This document shows positions 1 through 12,830 of a stretch of DNA of 64,000 bases, piece after piece. Made by a program: the position numbers and the translations under genes. This stretch comes from Octopus sinensis (Eukaryota): the NCBI RefSeq assembly GCF_006345805.1, contig NC_042999.1:136772001-136836000 (forward strand), written 5' to 3'. Numbering within the stretch: position 1 is the first letter of the stretch; every line of letters begins with the position of its first letter. The notes below the pieces were generated by a model. That model was not told where the DNA came from and made no database searches. It was given only the letters and a program-made list of their open reading frames with translations.

Positions 1-40
1 TGAAACACATAAATGAAAAAATTATGTATATATATATATA

Positions 41-855
41 AAAACAAAACAAATCAAAATAGATGAACATCAATGGAATTTGTATCTTTGTGGTACCAGT
101 GCCGGTGGCACACAAGAAAACTATCCGAACGTGGCCGTAGCCAGTACCGCATCGACTGGCCTCCGTGCTGTGGGCAAGTAACAAACACCATCCGATCGTG
201 GCCGTTTTGCCAGCCTCATCTGGCACATAAAAACACCATCCGAAGACCCGGCAAGACTAGTCAGGCCATAACCCGTGGCCCCTACCTGGGACGTAGTCAG
301 TCCACCTGTGCATACCTTCCTTCTTGTGACACTTGTGAAGACCTGTTGAGGCAAGTGAAAATCAATCAAAACAAATCAAAATAGATGAACATCAATGGAA
401 TTTGTATCTTTGTGGTACCAGTGCCGGTGGCACACAAGAAAACCATCCGAACGTGGCCGTAGCCAGTACCGCATCGACTGGCCTCCGTGCTGCGGGCACG
501 TAACAAACACCATCCGATCGTGGCCGTTCGCCAGCCTCATCTGGCACCTGTGTCGGTGGCACATAAAAACACCATCCGAGCGTGGCCGTCTGCCAGCCTC
601 GTCTGGCACCTGTGTCGGTGGCACATAAAAAACACCATCCGAGCGTGGCCATTCGCCAGCCTCGTCTGGCACCTGTGTCGGTGGCACATAAAATCACCCA
701 CTACACTCTCGGAGTGGTTGGCGTTAGGAAGGGCATCCAGCTGTAGAAACACTGCCAGATCTGACTGGCCTGGTGCAGCCTTCGGGCTCCCCAGACCCCA
801 GTTGAACCGTCCAACCCATGCTAGCATGGAAAACGGACGCTAAATGAATGATGAT
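41..855 (+). mobile_element. RTE 3' end (last ORF2 codons + 3' UTR) preceded by a partial duplicate of its own UTR
   Basis: gaagacccggcaagac at ~242 matches the ORF2 end (KTRQD); gtgccggtggcac hairpin units; ggaagggcatccagctgtagaaac motif; terminal ccatgctagcatgg palindrome and GAT tail. Confidence 0.9.
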
Positions 856-890
856 ATATATATAGATATATGTTAAGCAGTGTCTAGGTA

Positions 891-1760
891 TAAGCAAACT
901 TTAGATTTGTTAAAATATGTTTGTGATTTCAAAAGGAAAATTCACTGCAGTTACTATGAAGAAAAAAATTCTCTTCTGGTGAAAGGTGTAAAAAACACCA
1001 TATCTGCCCAGTGCTGTTCGCTGTTGGATTCCTAGATGCTGCATTTCTAGCTGTTTCACTGTTATCAATGGGAAATACCAAAGAGAGGCAACTCTGGGCA
1101 GATTTAAAACCATAGCTTCACTGAAACACAGTCACCAACACTGACTGAGTTGTGCTATTGGACCTCCAAGTGAGAAGAAATTCAGGGGTATCAGCACCCA
1201 TCAGTGTTTTGGCATAAGCAAACCCTTAAAATATGTTTGTGGCATATTTTGACTTCTAAATGCAAATTCACTGCAGCTACTGTGGAGAAAAAAATTTTCT
1301 CTTATGGTAAAAAAATGGTGTAAAAATACCATATGTACCCAGAGTTGTCCCCTTTTGGATTCTCATTTCTAGCTCTTTAGCCGTTATCAATAGGAAATAC
1401 TGAAAAGGGGTAACTCTGGACAGATTTAAAGCCACAGCATTAATTAAAACACAGTCAACAACATTGACCAAGTTGCAGTATTAGACCACCAAGTCAAGAG
1501 AAATTCAGCAGTATCAGTGCCAAGCAATATTTAAGCATAAGCAAATATTAGGTTAGTTAAAATATGTTTGTAACATATTTCAACTTCTAAAGGCAAATTC
1601 ACTACTGTTAGCATGGAGAAAAGAATCTGCCAAAAGTTAGCTCTTGTTGGTATTTCCATTTGATAACAGATAAATAACTAGAAATACTGCATCTGGGAAT
1701 CCAACACTGAGTAACACTGGGCAGATATGGTGTTTTTACTACAAGAGAAAATTTAAGTTT
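891..1760. repeat. Degenerate tandem repeat, ~323-324-bp unit x 2.7
   Basis: taagcaaa at 891, 1215, 1538; shared ttaaaatatgtttgt, aaattcact and caccatat motifs. Confidence 0.85.
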
Positions 1761-2329
1761 CTTGCCATGAGACCTTGGACAGTAGGAGATCAAGTTGTTT
1801 CTTAAAAAGATCTACCCCTACTCCATGTAGATCCTTCAGATGCTTTGGTAAGGTATTAAATAACTATGGGCCCTTGAATCCCATGCTATTGCAATACATG
1901 GTCTTCACTCTAAACAGGATAGCTGGGACCTTTGGAACAGTGCAGTGACCACCAGTTCAAGGGCTGGTATAGTTCTCGATGCCTAAGTTTGGTGTCAACT
2001 TCCATAATCTTCCATATGTATATCACTGCATATCTCTCCAGTCTTTGTTCCAGGCAGTAGTAATAGCTCTTTCAGTCTCTCCCAATAGCCCAGTTGTTCC
2101 ATTGATGCAATCTTCCTGGTGTAGCACCACTGAACTGCTTCAAACTCTGCTATAAATCTGACACTGTGAGGTGACCACAGTTGAGAGCAGTAGTCCAGAT
2201 GGCTGAATACAAATGTCCTCTATAGAAGCAGCATAGTTTCCTGGTCCCTTGTGAAGATCCTCAGAATCCATCCAGCCATTCACCTGCACACTGTCACCAC
2301 TTTGGTGATAGGCACATAAAATAAGTAAT

Positions 2330-2772
2330 ATTCTTAAGATTATAAACCTGAAAAAGTACAAGTTATTACACCTGGAAAAAGTATAGGACAAGTTATTACT
2401 TCTAGTAAAGAATAAGAAACTTTTTACTTAAAATATTGCAGCTAAAATTAAAATTTTAATATTAAAACTTATTTTATTATAGTTTACAAATAACACTATA
2501 ATTATTTAAGTAGAATTTGGCTAATTTATTACCTTAAATACAGAAAAAAGTGACTAATTACACAAACTGACAAATTAGCTGAATAGTTTTGTACAATAAA
2601 TTTTAAAGATGAGAACTGTAACGAGTGATAAATTAGAACTGGCATTCTTGGCTGCAATATTTTAAGTAAAAATTTTCTTATTCTTTACTTTACTAGAAGT
2701 AATAGCTTGCCCTATACTTTTCCAGGTGTAATAACTTGTCCTGTACTTTTCCAGGTTTATAATCTTAAGAAT
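2330..2772. mobile_element. MITE/foldback element with ~115-bp terminal inverted repeats
   Basis: attcttaagattataaacctg...aatattgcagc (2330-2443) is mirrored by gctgcaatatt...caggtttataatcttaagaat (2651-2772); AT-rich core; TSD not evident. Confidence 0.85.
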
Positions 2773-3372
2773 GCTACTTTTCATGCTTGCATTTTTCCAT
2801 ATAATATTACATCAGTTTCCTCTATTTTGATATTATCAATAATTGCTATCTCCTTGTGTAGAGCTGTGATGCTGAAGAACTCATCAGACATAACTATTTG
2901 CAAGTGTCCCAGCAGATTTGTGAAAACATTCTTGTATTGTATTCAGTATTTCACTTATCCTCTATGGGATTGTTTGTAGGATCCTTTGCTATCCTTTTGT
3001 GTCCCATTTAGTTTGAGATTTTTGCTCGTTGTCTCATTACAATCCTCCTATCCCTGGGAATTATATTTTTCTGTTGGTTTGACATTCTCTTTGAAGCCAA
3101 TTTATTGCATATGTCATGCATGATTGTAATAAAATACTGCAGCTCTATGTCAATATCTTGTGTAGAGAGACTAGTAGACCAGTTTTATTCTATGACCTCT
3201 TTCTGAATACCCTTTCAATCAGTTTTATGAAATTTCAAACTAGTCTTCCCCTCCTGCCTTTTTTCACTTTTATTTGTGAAATAACTGATGTATTTAGAGA
3301 ATAAATATTTCTGGTCTTTAACTTACTAACTTTTATGACAATCTTTTTGTATTTCAACAACATTACTCTAAC

Positions 3373-3676
3373 CCTGTGTTGGTGGCACGTAAAAAGCACC
3401 ATCCAAACATGGCCGATGCCAGCGCCGCCTTCACTGGCTTCCTTGCCGGTGGCACATATAAAGCACTAACTGATCGTGGCTGTTGCCAACCTCCCCTGGC
3501 ACCTAAAAAGCACCCACTACATTCACGGAATGGTTGGCATTAGGAAGGGCATCCAGCTGTAGAAATACTGCCAGATCAGACTGGTGGCTGGTGCAGCCTC
3601 CTGGCTTCCTAGACCCTGGTTAAACCGTCCCACCCATGCTAGCATGGAAAACGGATGTTAAACATTGATGATGATG
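3373..3676 (+). mobile_element. RTE 3' UTR fragment nested in the CR1 relic
   Basis: Same UTR units, ggaagggcatccagc motif, terminal palindrome and (GAT)n. Confidence 0.9.
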
Positions 3677-4733
3677 AAAGTAGTTGAGTGCTTCTAGTTG
3701 CCTGCATATCTGCAGTTTTCTGTAGACCTGCATTGTTAGATCTTTTAAGTAATGGTCCAAGAAAATCATTGGTGTCACCTAAACATTATAGATGAGCACT
3801 ATTATTTGTGAAGCAGAAGTCCAGAACATTTTTACCTTGTTGGATGGAGCACTATTTGCACCATAAAGAGTATGTTTATGAGGTCATGCAGAGACTTGAC
3901 TTCATATGACATTAGAGAGGTTGAAGTCTTCTAGAAGTATGTGAAGGCTGTCATTTAGGCTGGTTAATACTTCTTCCTTCTTTTCAAGGCTCTTTTCAAA
4001 AGAGTTCCTAAGATTTAGAGCATCTGGTGGGTGACATGTAATATTACCATTTTCATTCATTTAATGTTTATCAACAGAATGTCACTGACTGAGTTTGAGT
4101 GTAACAGCAGGACTGCAGGCATGACATCTTCCTGGATGTAGATTACAACTCCACCATGAATACTCTCTATCCTGACAGTTCAGAATAAAATATATTTTGG
4201 TATGTGTATCTGATATGTTAGCATCCAGAAGTGTTTCTGTTCATGCCATGTATATTGCTTGATTACATGTCACTAAGTCTCTCAGATATTGGGTTTTACA
4301 TTGGTGGGATGTTACAGGGCCCCTGATATTCAGCAGGAATACTGGTGTGACCTGTAGGGTGATGGCAGTGGCCACTGGTCAGACACATGTAGAGGTGTCA
4401 GAGGTAGCCACCTTGGATCTTTTGTTCTTAGCAGTGGTCTTGAGTACTGGTCTGTGTTTCTCAGACTCAATGTTAGATGAAGCCAGGCACTAGCATAGCT
4501 AGAGTTTATGCTGCCCTCAGGCCCCCACAAAAAATACATATTGCCTACAGCAGACCCAAATGTGTTGTCTCCCCCCCCCTCCCGTCTAGCTACACAAATC
4601 CAAGTCAGCTGCCTTACAATCCTCTGTCATTTCCAAAAAAGACCGTTGTCCAGCAGCTACTTTCACACTGCATCTACATTTTGTTTCCTCTTAGAATCAG
4701 TGTGTGCACCTTCCACATATTTCCAAGGTTATC

Positions 4734-5209
4734 TGCCGGCAGCACCTAAAAAGCACCATCCGAACGTGACCAGTGCCAGCGTTGCCTTGACTGGCTTCTG
4801 TGCCGGTGCACATGACCTGCTGTGCTTGAGGGGACCTATTGAGTCAAGTACATCAACATCAAAATAAATATCAAATGGAAATTGTAGTTGTGATACCTGT
4901 GCTGGTGGCACATAAAAAGCACCATCCAAACATGGCTGATGCCAGCGCCGCCTTCACTGGCTTCTGTGCCGGTGGCACGTAAAAAGCACCAACTGATCGT
5001 GGCTGCTGCCAGCCTCCCCTGGCACCTGTGCTGGTGGCACGTAAAAAGCACCCACTACACTCACAGAGTGATTGGCATTAGGAAGGGCATCCAGCCGTAG
5101 AAACACTGCCAGATCAGACTGGAGCCTGGTGCAGCTCCTGGCTTCCCAGACCCTGGTCGAACCGTCCAACCCATGCTAGCACAGAAAACGGACGTTAAAT
5201 GATGATGAT
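4734..5209 (+). mobile_element. RTE 3' UTR copy with a 5' partial duplicate
   Basis: UTR units, conserved 3' motif and GAT tail; 4734-4808 repeats a downstream UTR segment. Confidence 0.9.
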
Positions 5210-8200
5210 CCCTTCCTGTCTTCATTTTTCCATTCTATGCCTCCCCTACTCTAATCTTTCTTCTTCTTTTCCAGCTCATCACTTCTCTTTCTCTTTTCTC
5301 TTGATCTCTCTTCCAGTCACCTTATACTTATTGCCTCTCTTTGCTCCCATTCCTATGCCTGAATCATTCATTTATCATTGTTCTGCCTGGTTTTCACCAG
5401 AATACCATTACTCTGATTAGGGTAGAATTCATTCTCTAGGTCATTCATTTTTTTCTCGACCAATCAATGGACTGATTGAGTATACCTATTAATAATGAAC
5501 CTATAATGATTATTGGAAACAGCTGTAAATCAAATTTACTACAATAAAAGAGTATGTAATGACCATTACGTACACCTTGTCTTATATATCACTCTGTGTA
5601 AAAGATCTAACTGGGAATACAGCCATGGATTTACAGTATAGAATGATGATGAACTGTATCCTCAGACTCTACCAGAAGAATATGTGGTGCTCTTTAATAT
5701 CTATAAAAATTTGTTGGCATGGTGTATTAACAAAGAGCTTATAACATATTTTGTCCAGATCCAGATTGATAATCCCTCATTAATAACTTTTTGTGTATTT
5801 ATGTGTGTGTGTGTACTTTGCTTACATACATGTATATTTGTAAGTATGTGTATGTGTTTATATGGTTGTGTGTATATGTATGTGTGTGCATATGTATTAA
5901 CATATAATAATAACTAATAAGGCTGATTTCTAAACTGAAGTATTTTTCAGTAAATATTTCAGTTCTCGTTTATGTCTTCTTAAAACAGAATTTTGGATAA
6001 ATATATTTCTTCAAGTTTTTGATTATTAAGTAGATTTTACTCTCTTTCTGTTTAAGTCATTGCTAATGTCACTTATACTTAATACATCATTTCCACTGTC
6101 CAACTACACCATTAATATAATATTACTGATGCTGATATTATCAAAACTGGGTTTTAGATGAGCTAATACTGTCCACACTCTCATCATTTTTTGGTGCTAA
6201 CGTTCATAACACTGGGTTTTAAAAATCATTACTACTGTCACTTATTTATTATTTAATACAATTAATCCAGTGTCCACCTACACCATATTTTCTGATGCTA
6301 ACATTTTCAATAATGGATTTTGATCATGTTAATAATGTCACTTATTCCACACATCAGCTATCAATTCACACCATTTGTTGATAACATTATCAACTCTGGG
6401 TTCACAATATTGATTTTTAAAAACTACCATATGAAAAAAGAAAGTCTATGAAATATTCAAATCTTATTTAATACATTGATTTTTAGTTGGTAATTGTGTG
6501 TGTGTGTGTGTGTGCTTGCCTGATGTGATTGTGCATGCTGCTGAGTTTGTGTGCAGTGTGTATGTACTGTTATGCTTCTTTTCTTATGTATGTGTTTGTG
6601 ATATTTGTGACTTGTTTGTGTTGCACATGTGACGGTTGGGCATGAGTTGTGTGTTGTTTTATGTGCTTTTATGTTGTATGTATTCAAATGTGTGGCTGTG
6701 AGATGGAGTAAGATACTTCTAAATTAGATAAAGGTCAAGAACGCAGATCAACAAAAGTAATTTACAGAAATGACATCTGAAGATGAAAATGTTGAGATAT
6801 GGTTGCAAACATGAGGAAAGATGATCCAGCCCTTGACTATCTTGTCATTATTCAAGCATAACCTATTTCATATTATCTAATGTACTTTTCGTGTTGTTAG
6901 GGAATCAAATGTCCCACTCTTAAATTGTCTTCTATAAAAATATAGGTATCATTCTTTGTGAGGAATCACTTAATATTGATTTTAAGCTTAGTATTTTTCT
7001 TGTGTGATAAATACTATAATTGTTGTTTAGATTCAGGCCCAGCTTGATTGAAAGGTCAATAATGTTTCAATTGCGACCATTTTATTTTTTTCAAGCATAA
7101 TGTATCTAGGACTACATTGCTAGTGTTTCTTTCTCTTTTTAAGACTGCAGAGTGTGATTTGAGAGAGGTTGGGTGTTATTTCTACATACAGCTTCAATTG
7201 TGGTGTTCAGGAAATGTGATTTGTGCAAGACAATTATGTAAATGTTTATTCATTTTTCTTCTTATAAGAAGAAAATTTATATTTTTACTTGCTAATTGTT
7301 GAGGAATGGGTAGTGTCCATGACTTAGTAGGCCTTCCATGACCAGTTAGTTTGATGTTATTAATATTTTGTTTAAACTGATGCAGGTCATCACCTGCAGG
7401 AAAGACATAAGTAGGGAAGACTGATGTTCTAGAGAGGAACACTGAGTATAGTTCTTAGTGCAAGGTGGAAAGATGAGAGGATTTGAGGTGCATGAGTGGT
7501 GGGTGTATGAGGCCAGTCATCTCTGGGGAGTATAGGCCATTATAGTAGCATAGAAGAGGGAGAGAGAGAGGAGACAGCATGACTGGTCCAGAAGCTGGAA
7601 TGTGATTGAATGCAAATCAGTTAAGCTGTCCTTCTCTCGGTGTAGTCCAGAGTGTCCTAAATGTAGGAGCAGTATTCTATTGTAAAAGTGTCTTCTGTGA
7701 AAGCTGTACTGGTGGTCACTGTAGTGAAAGGGTGATAAAGAAAGATTCAATGTAATAAAACATAAAAAATATAATGTAGATAAAACCTGAAAAAAAAGAC
7801 AGAATGGTCCATTTTTGAATACCAGTGATTAATAGGTTTCCACAATGAGGGCTCATCTAAGACTATAGCAGTAACAAAGACTCATTCACCTACATATTGT
7901 TTTGTTTATAGTAGGTTTGGTACTGAATTAAATTAATTTCTTTCTACATTGGAACTTTAGATATGTATATTGAAAGATTAAAAAATATAAACAGAAAACT
8001 AAAATTAATTTTGTTTATAAATTATTTTTAATGCTTCAATAAAAAGCAAATAAAAAGAACTTTGATTTAAACTTGAGAATTTTTTTATAGCCATTTTTTG
8101 ATATTGGAAATCTTGTTTGATCGTTGAACATTCCAGTAATAGAATGAACTGAGAATAAAAATAAAATAAAAGGAAAGACATTTCAGTAATGAAACTCCTG

Positions 8201-8899
8201 TTGGTTGCTTAGTGACACATAGTTGATGAGACACTGGTGTGCAATGTTTTCTGTTCTTTGTTTTTATTCTTTATTTGTCAAGAAACCTAAAATGTGAATG
8301 GTTTAGGTTTAATGATTGGTATTTATGTTAAGAATTCTTCATATGAATTGTTGGTAAAGCTCACAAAATTTGTGAAATGAACAGACTTCATATCATTGCT
8401 GCTCTTGGCAATAAAAGTTTTCTTCAAGGTCAAGTAATTTGTACTGATGTGGTAAATGTGTCCTCTTTAACTGTTTCGATAATTTGGTGAAAGAATCTTT
8501 CAAATTTGGAGTGTCATGAACTGAAGTACTAAGTATATGAATAAAAATATCTATGACTTTTAATCATTCATTTCTATTCATATGTCAACTGGTAAGCCTT
8601 TTTATGGTTGCTCTACAAGCTAGATATAACAACTAAACCTATTTCAAATTGCATTTTGATTCCTTAAAAAAAAATAAAAAGTAGAACATCATGTAATCTT
8701 TGATTGGCTGTGTCTGAAAATAAAAGAGGATAGTCTTGGGTAGAAGATTTTCGATTTTAGGTTTGCTGGATAAGGGCTGGCCTGGGGAGCCAAAAAGAAC
8801 GGTTGCTAAAATATCTAAGTCTTCTAGATTTTTATTCTTTTAAAAATTAGACAAACTGTTTGGCTTCATTAAAGTGATGAAATAAGAAACAGCGGGTTG

Positions 8900-10520
8900 C
8901 ATAGTTGCTCCTAAATACAAAGACCCTCCCTGGTGAAGAATGTACCCTCAGCACAGATTAGTCATTAATGACTTTAGAATCCAGGCCAGAAGGATGCCAA
9001 GAAGTCAACCAATCTGGTAAAGAAGGATTTGGAAGCTTAAGGGCCTTTCATATGGTCAGAGATTTAGGGACATCCTAATTGAGAAATTCAATGAAAGGGA
9101 AGAGGAACTACAGACTTGTGACATAGAGAGCAATTGGGAATTTCTGAGGGACACCTTGTTGAGTGCCACAGACCGAATCTGTGGCTGGTGCAAAGTCCCA
9201 ACTAGACCTAGGGTAACATGGTGGTGGAGCAATACAGTAAACAGGGCCATTAGAACTGAGAAACAAGCCAGGAAATCCTGGAAGAATGGGGGTAGCAAAA
9301 ACCAAAGTCCTAGTAATTAGGGATGCAGACAAATCACAAATCCTTTCAGGTAGACGGCCCTGCTCAATCTGTAGAAGAGGTGTAAGTAGAAACTCCATAA
9401 GGTGCACCCAGTGTAAGCTTTTGACACATAAAAGGTGCAGCAATATCAGAGGAAGGTTAATAAGGAAACTAGTTTTTGTATGTGGAAGATGTACAGGTAC
9501 AATAAATGCTGAAAATGGGCAGAAAATAGACTCCATCAACTGCTAAGGGAACAAGCTAGAGGTAGTAGATAGCTTCCGTTATCTAGGTGACCAAGTTAGT
9601 AGTGGAGGTGGATGCTCTGGGAGCATAGCTATGAGAATATGATTAGGATGAGCAAAGTTCAGAGAGCTCCTACCCCTGCTGGCAACAAAGGGCCTCTCTC
9701 TCAGTGAAAGGCTGATTGTTTGCTGCATGGTAGTGAAACATGGGCTGTGACAGTCAAGGACATGCATAGGCTTGAAAGAAGTGAAGCCAGTATACTTTGC
9801 TGGATGTGCAATGTCAGTGTGCACATTCAACAGAGTGTAAGCATCTTGAGAGAAAGGTTAGGCATAAGAGGCATCAGATGTGGTGTACAAGAGAGACAAC
9901 TGCACTGATATAGTCATTTGATGCATATGGATGAGGACAGCAGTGTAAAGAAGTACCGATCTCTAACTGTGGAGGGAACCTGTGGTAGAGGTAGACCCAG
10001 GAAGACATGGAACAAGGTGGTGAAGCATGATTTTCCAACTTTGAGCCTCACAGAGGCAATGACTAGTGACTGAGACCTTTGGCGATGTGCTGTGCTTGAG
10101 AGGATCTGTCATGCCAAGTGCACCCATGCTGGTGGCACGTAGAGAACATCTTTTGAACACTGGGCTTCACAGAAGCAAAGTGAATGAGTTCCATTCAAGC
10201 ATTGGGCCTGATGGAGGCAAAGCGGCTGAGTTCCTTTCAAGTGTTGAGCCTCACGGATACAATGACTGAGACCTTTGGAATTGTCATGCTTAAGAAGACC
10301 CATCAAGCCAAGCAAAATCACAGTTGTGACAGATACTGATGTCACACAAATTGGCATCCATGCCGGTGGCATGTAAAAGCACCCTTGGAGTGGTTGGCAT
10401 TACGAAGTGCATCCAGTCATAGAAAACCATGCCAAATCAGACTGGAGTCTGGCGCAACCTTCCAGCATACCAGCCCAGTCAACCCATGCCAGCATGGACA
10501 AGACATTTGATGATGATGAT
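8900..10520 (+). mobile_element. Degenerate RTE LINE with internal deletion (post-endonuclease region, PHD finger, RT C-terminus, 3' UTR)
   Basis: CSICRRGVSRNSIRCTQCKLLTHKRC...CGRC, LHGSETWAVT, GRPRKTW-like remnants; ends in (GAT)n at ~10520. Confidence 0.9.
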
Positions 10521-12399
10521 ACTCTATGTTAATGTTACTTTTATATGTGAATCCAATTCAATGTAATTTAGAGGTAAACTCTGCATCAGTGTGCTAGTGA
10601 AATACAGAAAGATTTCTAGAATGAGAACATAAATTACAAGGTAATTAACTTTATGCTGCTAAGAAAAAAGCGGTAAGGTTAGTGTTTTAAGTTGAAGTCC
10701 TTAATTTTTAAAATGTGAAATTAGAGAGGAGAAATATAAGCAAATGCTCGGAGATATTTTTACAGTGGGCAAAGTATATTGAGGAATGGTTGATGGTTGA
10801 ACAGAATAGTGGGGAAGTTGGGGAGAGGGTCTTTTTGCTGACTCTTTTCTTTTTTTTAAATGGTAGTGTCATTTGAAGATTTAGTTGCTATATCTAGCAG
10901 ACGAGCAACCATGGATAGGATTAGCACTTGTATTTGTAACATTTAGTGGTCATATATATACATACACTCATACATGCCAATTGTGTAGAAAATTTTAAGA
11001 TTAGATAAATTACTTCTTTCGACAAATGGGTGTAGAAAAATATCCTTCAGTTTAAAGTTCTTCATTCTATACCGAAAATACAGTTAAAATATAGGTACAG
11101 TAACTGTGTGATTAAGTAGTAAGCTATTGACCAAATTGGTCACAAATCTAAATCTTACTACAGACTTTGTTCTGTCTTTAAACAAAGCTTTTAACTGTTC
11201 TCACTGTTGTGTTCCTAACTAACATACAAAAAATAGTTCCATTTTTACTGGTGGAAATGTAGTAAGAGGAATGAGCATCCAACTGTAAAAATATTAATCC
11301 AATGCAAAATTAACTCATCCAAACAAGCATGGATGAAGAATTAATAAGACTTGCTTGGTTAAATTGACTTCTTGAGTATTACAAACATATAAACTTTCAT
11401 TAGTTGAACATGGTCATTATGTTACTCTTTGAGTCTCATTTATTATATTCCACTTATTTGTGGTTGTTTGTGCTTGACTTCTTCAAAGGTTTACACAATG
11501 ACACTAATCATAACACTTTTATTTTGATATTAATAAATGTGGATTCTTTTTTTTTTATGTTTGTGTATATTTTAATATCAGCACTATTCCTCATTACCTC
11601 CCTCAACTTCCTTATCATATTTTACATGTTATTTCATATTGGATTCCATGTAGATTAACAAATCTGTTACATCTTCTCTCATGTCCACTCTTTGATTCAA
11701 TCTTTTTCCAATCTTAATTACCTTGCATGAAAAATTTCCTTGTTTTATCCCAGCTCTATTATTAAGCTTCATAACCAGATCTTTTTGGCAGCCTCATTAC
11801 ATGCTTTTATAGCTTCAGACCATGTTATAGTGTTTCATGTTATTTTATGTTTCATTGTCTCAGATATATGAAATGACATTAGATATTGTGAAATGTTATA
11901 AATGGCACAAATTTAATTCCAGCTTTGGCTTTATCATATGTAACATCAGATCATTGTTATGTCAACTTTGGCATGATCCATTATGAAGTTTAACCAACCA
12001 AAACTTCTCCTTTTGTATTAACCATTCAGGTTAGATTTATAAAGCAAAATCTGAAAAGTAAAAAGATTTATAATCATTGCTGCCCCTAACATTTTTCAAA
12101 GTCAAACAATTTTACTTTTTGGAGCATACACTATATTTTTCTTAGTGAAAACTATTTTGTATTTTCAGTTGCAACCAAGCTGCAGTTATTGTAGGATATA
12201 ATAAGTCAAGTGTTAGGATCTGAAACCTATATCCTTATTTAAAAGGTGGTGGGTTGTTTGTTGAGAGAGATTTTGCTGATATATTAAGCACATTGATTGA
12301 TGATATTTAAGCTTCTTCAGTTCAGCAATAAATTAAATGTGAAAGTAGGTGCCCATCAAGACCCACTCTTCAGCCCACTCATATTCATTATAATCCTGC

Positions 12400-12830
12400 A
12401 GGTCATCACAAAGGAGTTTGACTGACTGTCTATGGGAACTTCTATATGCTAATGATCTAGTATGTATTGCAGAATTAGAAAGGAAATTCCAGGCATGAAA
12501 TCAAAATCTAGAAATCAGAGGTCTTAAGGTAAATTAAGCAAAGATTGAGGTATTATTAAGAAAGAAAGCAGGACTCTTCTATGGCTATGGAAATGGCCAG
12601 ACTCAATATGCAAAAGACTACATGGGAACTCCATAGCTGTACCCAGTATAAACTATGAATGCAGAATAGGCTTACAAGAAGTAGTTGATAGCTTCTATTA
12701 TTTGTTGGTGGTAATTAACAGTGGAGGTGGTGGTTGCTAAAGTAGAGTAACCAGAATAAGAATGGAGCTGTTACCTCTGTTGGCAACAAAGATCTTTTCC
12801 TTCAGAGTGAGGAGCAGTTTGCATGTTGCT
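12400..12830 (+). mobile_element. Highly degenerate RTE RT fragment
   Basis: Remnants of EKKFQAWK..LESRGLKVN, EVVDSFYYL, ELLPLLATK. Confidence 0.6.

Larger units (their letters stand above)
1770..4480 (-). mobile_element. Decayed CR1-group LINE (ORF2), interrupted by a MITE and an RTE tail
   Basis: Minus-strand SHLDYCSQLWSPHSV..E.EAVQ..YTRKIASM..L.YWER (2200-2085) and YCLEQRLERYAVIYIWKIME (2060-2000) match the CR1-type ORF2 C-terminus; the upstream extent (2780-4480) is less certain. Confidence 0.75.

Noticed and set aside
410-720. CRISPR-like array of palindromic ~60-bp repeats
   Set aside because: The spacers are themselves near-identical, no cas genes are present, the context is eukaryotic, and the array is demonstrably the 3' UTR of the RTE LINE at 40871-43056.
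4358-4395. GDGSG motif as the missing Nrx-IV DxDGSGP exon
   Set aside because: It reads GDGSGHWSDTCR with a stop just upstream, lacks PL and the VxC motif, has a poor donor, and lies within a TE relic.
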